A DNA stretch of 64,000 nucleotides from Eledone cirrhosa (lineage: Eukaryota), in NCBI GenBank assembly GCA_964016885.1, contig OZ024758.1, forward strand, positions 3,658,001 to 3,722,000, written 5' to 3'. The position numbers and the translations under genes are program-made. The notes under the pieces were generated by a model that was given only the letters and a program-made list of their open reading frames with translations, was not told the origin of the DNA and searched no databases. This document shows, one piece after another, positions 59,520-64,000 of the stretch. Every line of letters starts with the position of its first letter. The stretch's first letter is position 1.

Positions 59520-59571
<52 letters not shown>
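58880..59571. repeat. Interrupted (TA)n/(CA)n tract
   Basis: Direct inspection. Confidence 0.92.
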
Positions 59572-59573
<2 letters not shown>

Positions 59574-59710
59574 CGAAGGAATTGTGGTAAGGAACCAGAT
59601 GGACCATAACGCACCAAAGTACTCAATTCTTAGTGTAGTAGAGTGGGTAATAGGTCTAGAAATAGCCGTCGAAACGGCTTGAGCTCTGCCGTCGGGGTCA
59701 TACTTGTTCC
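59572..59710 (-). mobile_element. Family B element lacking the second hairpin arm
   Basis: The reverse complement is the left arm of the 29534 element joined directly to the tail TATTACCCACTCTACTAC..TTGAGTACTTTGGTGCG..CCTTACCACA..TTCGTTA. (TA)n on both sides. Confidence 0.8.
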
Positions 59711-59738
59711 TATATATATATATATAATATATATATAC

Positions 59739-59782
<44 letters not shown>

Positions 59783-59876
59783 GTATATATATTCACACAC
59801 ATATATATATATATATGTCTGTGTCTTTATAATACCAGACACTCATACGTGCCATCTGAGGTCAATGCACACACTG

Positions 59877-59952
<76 letters not shown>

Positions 59953-59983
59953 ACATTTATATATATATATATATATATATACG

Positions 59984-60064
59984 TGCAGTGTTTCCCATAA
60001 AAATGTATACAGGTATTTATTAGAATGCTGTTGAAGTATGTATACATTTTTGGGACACCATGTA
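59984..60064. mobile_element. Tc1/mariner-type ~80-bp MITE
   Basis: TCCCATAAAAATGTATAC ... GTATACATTTTTGGGACACC; same family as 18518. Confidence 0.7.
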
Positions 60065-61455
60065 TAAATATTTGAATATGTTAATATGTGTGGTATTTCT
60101 GTGTGGGCCTGTGTAAACTAAAAATATCCTGGACTGATCCAAGTCATCTTTTGTTTTGTTTGTTCTGTTTTTGTTTGCATAGTTATTTATTTATTTACTT
60201 AGAATAATTTAATGTCTTCCAAACGGAATACGTGCCCAAGCATCTCCTTTTATATATATATCGCAGTTTATACAGACAGAATTAATGTTGAATCGTTCAC
60301 TTTGAATTAGTGTATGTGTAGAATGATGGATGAAGCGAAAATGAGAAGTTCAGAGATGGAGTGTGGTATCTGCTGAAAGGATTTGTAATCCCTTTAGAAA
60401 ATTTGAAATCACTACAGAATACCCGTTTTGAATTTCTCTGTATATATTTATTTAATGATTTCTGATATTCGGCACACGTTCAGGATTTTTTTTTAAATTT
60501 ATTTTCGATTGATATATTTCTTTATTAGCGGGGCGTATAAATGGTTTACTTAAGCGGTTGATCTCGCGCAAGATTACAAGAAATTATAAAGACATAACTA
60601 AAAAGGATACGATATTTTAACCCTGAAATACCAGATGTTTCACTTATCGGACATCAAGCCGAGAATGGAAGGTCATTATAATTTATCTTTGCGGCGAAGA
60701 CAGTTAGTTTTCTATAACTGAGATTTGCCTCCTCATGTTGGGCACATTTTACTACTCACACGAAAGAAAACCACAAAGGAAAATGATTAATAGTTAAATA
60801 ATCATCATAATTTAGCCATTAACTCTTTGTGGAGTTGATGGAGTTCCATTGTAAGATACGGCGTTTTTTTTTTTTTAGGGTGGGGGGCTTCATATTTTCA
60901 TCTGATGGTCCCTGTCTTTATTTCGCTCTCTGCACAGCAAAAGAATGAATGAAAGAAGACGAGAGAGCATAAAAGTGTCAACCCAAATTCTAATTAGATT
61001 AAATCGAGGAGCATAGCCTTTTAAACTGTATCTCGTATTTATATGAAAGTTTAGATATTGCAGATGTGTATGTAAATCTGAAATCAATAGTGTCCAAACA
61101 CTTCACTAGTTTTCTTTCTCTATGTCTATATACATATGGATGTGTGGGTGGATCTATAATGCGACTATTTACGAATATATATGTATTTTCTTCAATCCAC
61201 ACATTCGAGCATTCGGATTTCTGAATGTTCTTGAGCATGGTTTTATCTATAGAAATTTTTTTCGATATAACTACATTTCTCTATTTTTTCCTGTTACAAT
61301 CACCCAACATCCTACAGAATTAGGCCGGCTGGCATTGGCCTATGGTTTTAGAAGCATATTCCCCTCTCAAGTTCTCTTTATTTTATTCCTTTCTGTTACT
61401 TTTAAGTATTTCATCTCCTCTCTATATACATGTTTATAGAAATAAACCCCACACA

Positions 61456-62162
61456 AATAATTGTTTCTACTTTTGGCACAAGGCCAAGGATGAAAGGCAG
61501 AGTTAATGTCGGCGGGATTTGAACTCAGAATGGCAAGGTCCTAACTCTATGTGTCAAAGTATGGCGTCCGATCCTCTACCGATATCGTCACTAAATATTG
61601 AAATATCGCCTACGTTTTATACCTGGTCCGAGCCTGTAACCAGCTTCGGAGTCTATATTTTACATCTGCCGTGACCATACCATGAAAATATGGTTTCTTA
61701 TATAGGCACAAGGCCAGCAATATTTTCGGGGTGGGCGGTGGGGGTGTCAATTAAATCGACCCAAGTGCATTACTGGTTCTTTATCTATCGATCCCGTATG
61801 AATGACAGGCAAAGTTCACATCGGTGGGATTTGAACTCGGAACATAAAGGGCCGTACTTCTATGCTGCAAAGCATGGCATCCGACCCTCTACCGATACTG
61901 CCAATCCACCGCCCTGTTACCGTGAAAATATTATAGTAAATATAGAATAATGATTTCTGATTTAGGCACAAGACCAGCAATTTTGTGGGAAGGGAAAGTT
62001 GATAAATCGACCACAGTACGTTACTGTTACTTTATCTTATCGACCTCGTAAGGACAAAAGGCTAAGTTAACCTCAATGGAATTTGAACTCATGAAGGGCC
62101 GTAATTCTATGTTGCAAAGCATGGCGTCCGACCCACAACCAATACTGCCAATCCACCGCCCT
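61456..62162 (-). mobile_element. Cluster of three family A SINEs (61456-61590 internally deleted; 61689-61914 with TSD; 61947-62162)
   Basis: TSD TACC(A/G)TGAAAATAT flanks the middle copy. The first copy lost its body between two AAGG motifs. Confidence 0.9.
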
Positions 62163-62894
62163 TATAAGAAATAAAGCAGACCATTATTTGTTTTATCGAT
62201 ATCCAGCTTTTACTCATTAAATGTACAACTCAATTGAAATGACTAGTATTACCGTGAATTAAACTCATTGTATTAGTTATGCCTTTACATACATTGAATA
62301 ACCATCAAAACTTTTATTTACAAGCGAGTTTATAAAATAGATTCATAAAAGAAATTATCATAAGAATAAACAGACAACGTCACAATGGAAATGCGAAATG
62401 ATTAAACTAGACATAAATATATGAACTGTTGTATATATATAGGGTTATAGGTTATTTTATTGTTGTATCAGTTAATATAAAATTTTACTAGCTATACTTA
62501 CATTATAGTCATGATAATAATTCCTATCATATTCATAGGGTGTAGTCAATTCAGTAAATGTTCACAATACCACTGATGTTTATCGATCCCGAGTGATAAT
62601 AGGCAAAGTTAATACACACTTAGACATAGAGGAACATAACTAAATGCCGAAATATATTAATTTCAACACTATATATTTATGATAAGAATAATTCCAAATT
62701 TAGCTGCATGATATCGAGAGAGAGTGTTATGTTCTATTGAATAAACTTACATCTGTCATTGACCGCTACTCCTTTGTAAAACCTTTTTTAACCCTTAGAA
62801 TTAAACGTCGTGTTTGAAACTAACGTGGTTTTAACTCAAAACCTAATATAACAAAAATCTAATTCTAGAGAAATTTTGCCATTATTTATGATAA

Positions 62895-63303
62895 TATTGA
62901 TTTCTGATTTGGGCACAATGCCAACAATCTTGGGGCAAGGGAAAGTCAATTAAATCGACCCAGTGCCTGACTGGTACTTTATTTTATCAACCCAGTAGGG
63001 ATGAATGGCAAAGTTAACCTCGGCGGGATTTGAACTTAGATCATAATGGGCTGTAACTCTATGCTGCAAAGAGTGACGCCCAACCCTCTACCGATACTGC
63101 CAATCTACTGCCCTATTATAATAATAATTGTTTCTACTTTTGGCACAAGGCCAGCAATTATCCCAATGCATTACTGGTCCTTTATTTTATCGACCCTGTA
63201 AGGATGAAAGGCAAAGTTAACCTCGGCGGGATTTGAAGTTCGTAACTCTATGCTGCAAAGCGTGACACCCGACCCTCTGGCGATACTGCCAATCCACAAC
63301 CCT
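62895..63303 (-). mobile_element. Tandem pair of family A SINEs (long 62895-63113, short 63121-63303)
   Basis: Both heads are present. A TATT(T)AT(A/G)ATAAT-like sequence recurs at 62883, 63114 and 63304. Confidence 0.92.
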
Positions 63304-63899
63304 ATTTATAATAATAATTAGTTCTAATTTAAGCAAAGTGTCACTTGTTTCACAGAGAATTGCAGTTGATTGTATCAATTGAAGTCCTTAATAGCTACAT
63401 ATGTTATCTACTAAGGGAGATGAAAAGCAAAGATAGCACAATCAGGAGTTAAAGGCACAATTATTTAAAGAACAGTAACTAAATACTGCAAGACATTTAA
63501 TACAGCACTCTGCTCCTTCTATTACCCCCACACAGCCCTATACTTATAATAATAATTTTACACTGTGAACGGATGCAACATTTATAAGTACACAAGGGAA
63601 CAACTTGATGCGGCCATCCATTTTAATTGGAATTTCTATAGCTCCGTCTTTTGACAGAAAGTTGTATTTAACTTAAGAAAGGAAAGGAAAGACAAAAATA
63701 AATTTGTCCTTTAGAGAAAGAAACAGCAATTAAAACTGTCTTAAATGTCATATTTGACATACATTCTATGTGACCATATGACATTCTCCCTATTTCAATT
63801 GCCAGCATCGCATCAGATATTACCTCAAATTTCTTTATTGGCAAATATATAGAAGGACATATATGGGCAGTGGTGGTCAGAGTAAATAGATTTGAATAT

Positions 63900-63975
63900 T
63901 TATCTGAGTTCAAATACTACTGAATTGACTTTTGCTTTCATCCCTCCAGGGTCGTTAAAATCTAAACTGGTATCA
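63900..63975 (+). mobile_element. Old family A SINE fragment
   Basis: CTGAGTTCAAATAC..GACTTTTGCTTTCATCCCTCCAGGGTCGTTAAAAT. Confidence 0.65.
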
Positions 63976-64000
63976 CGTCATTCGACATCTCTCATTTAAA

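Overview
AT-rich, gene-poor metazoan DNA, either intergenic or deep intronic. The microsatellite density and SINE repertoire suggest a coleoid cephalopod such as Octopus; this is recall-based inference, not a database result. No intact protein-coding gene is supported, and almost all listed ORFs are by-products of simple repeats. The window contains about 25-30 copies of one tRNA-derived SINE (long and short subfamilies, often clustered, several with TSDs). It also has a ~3.65 kb array of ~57 x 64-bp units that appears to derive from the CORE-type domain of a second SINE and shows 3-mer and 7-mer higher-order structure. Other elements are decayed 3' ends of RTE (x3) and CRE-clade (x1) LINEs, a piggyBac-type MITE and a Tc1/mariner-type MITE. 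The most interesting signal is a set of short elements embedded in (TA)n tracts. Some carry minimal type-I hammerhead ribozyme motifs resembling those in Penelope-like pseudo-LTRs. Others are long fold-back hairpins symmetric about TTTC...GAAA, as if cDNA had snapped back on hammerhead stem II. Several members of both groups share a 3' tail motif, TATTAC..CTCTAC..(T)GAGTAC.
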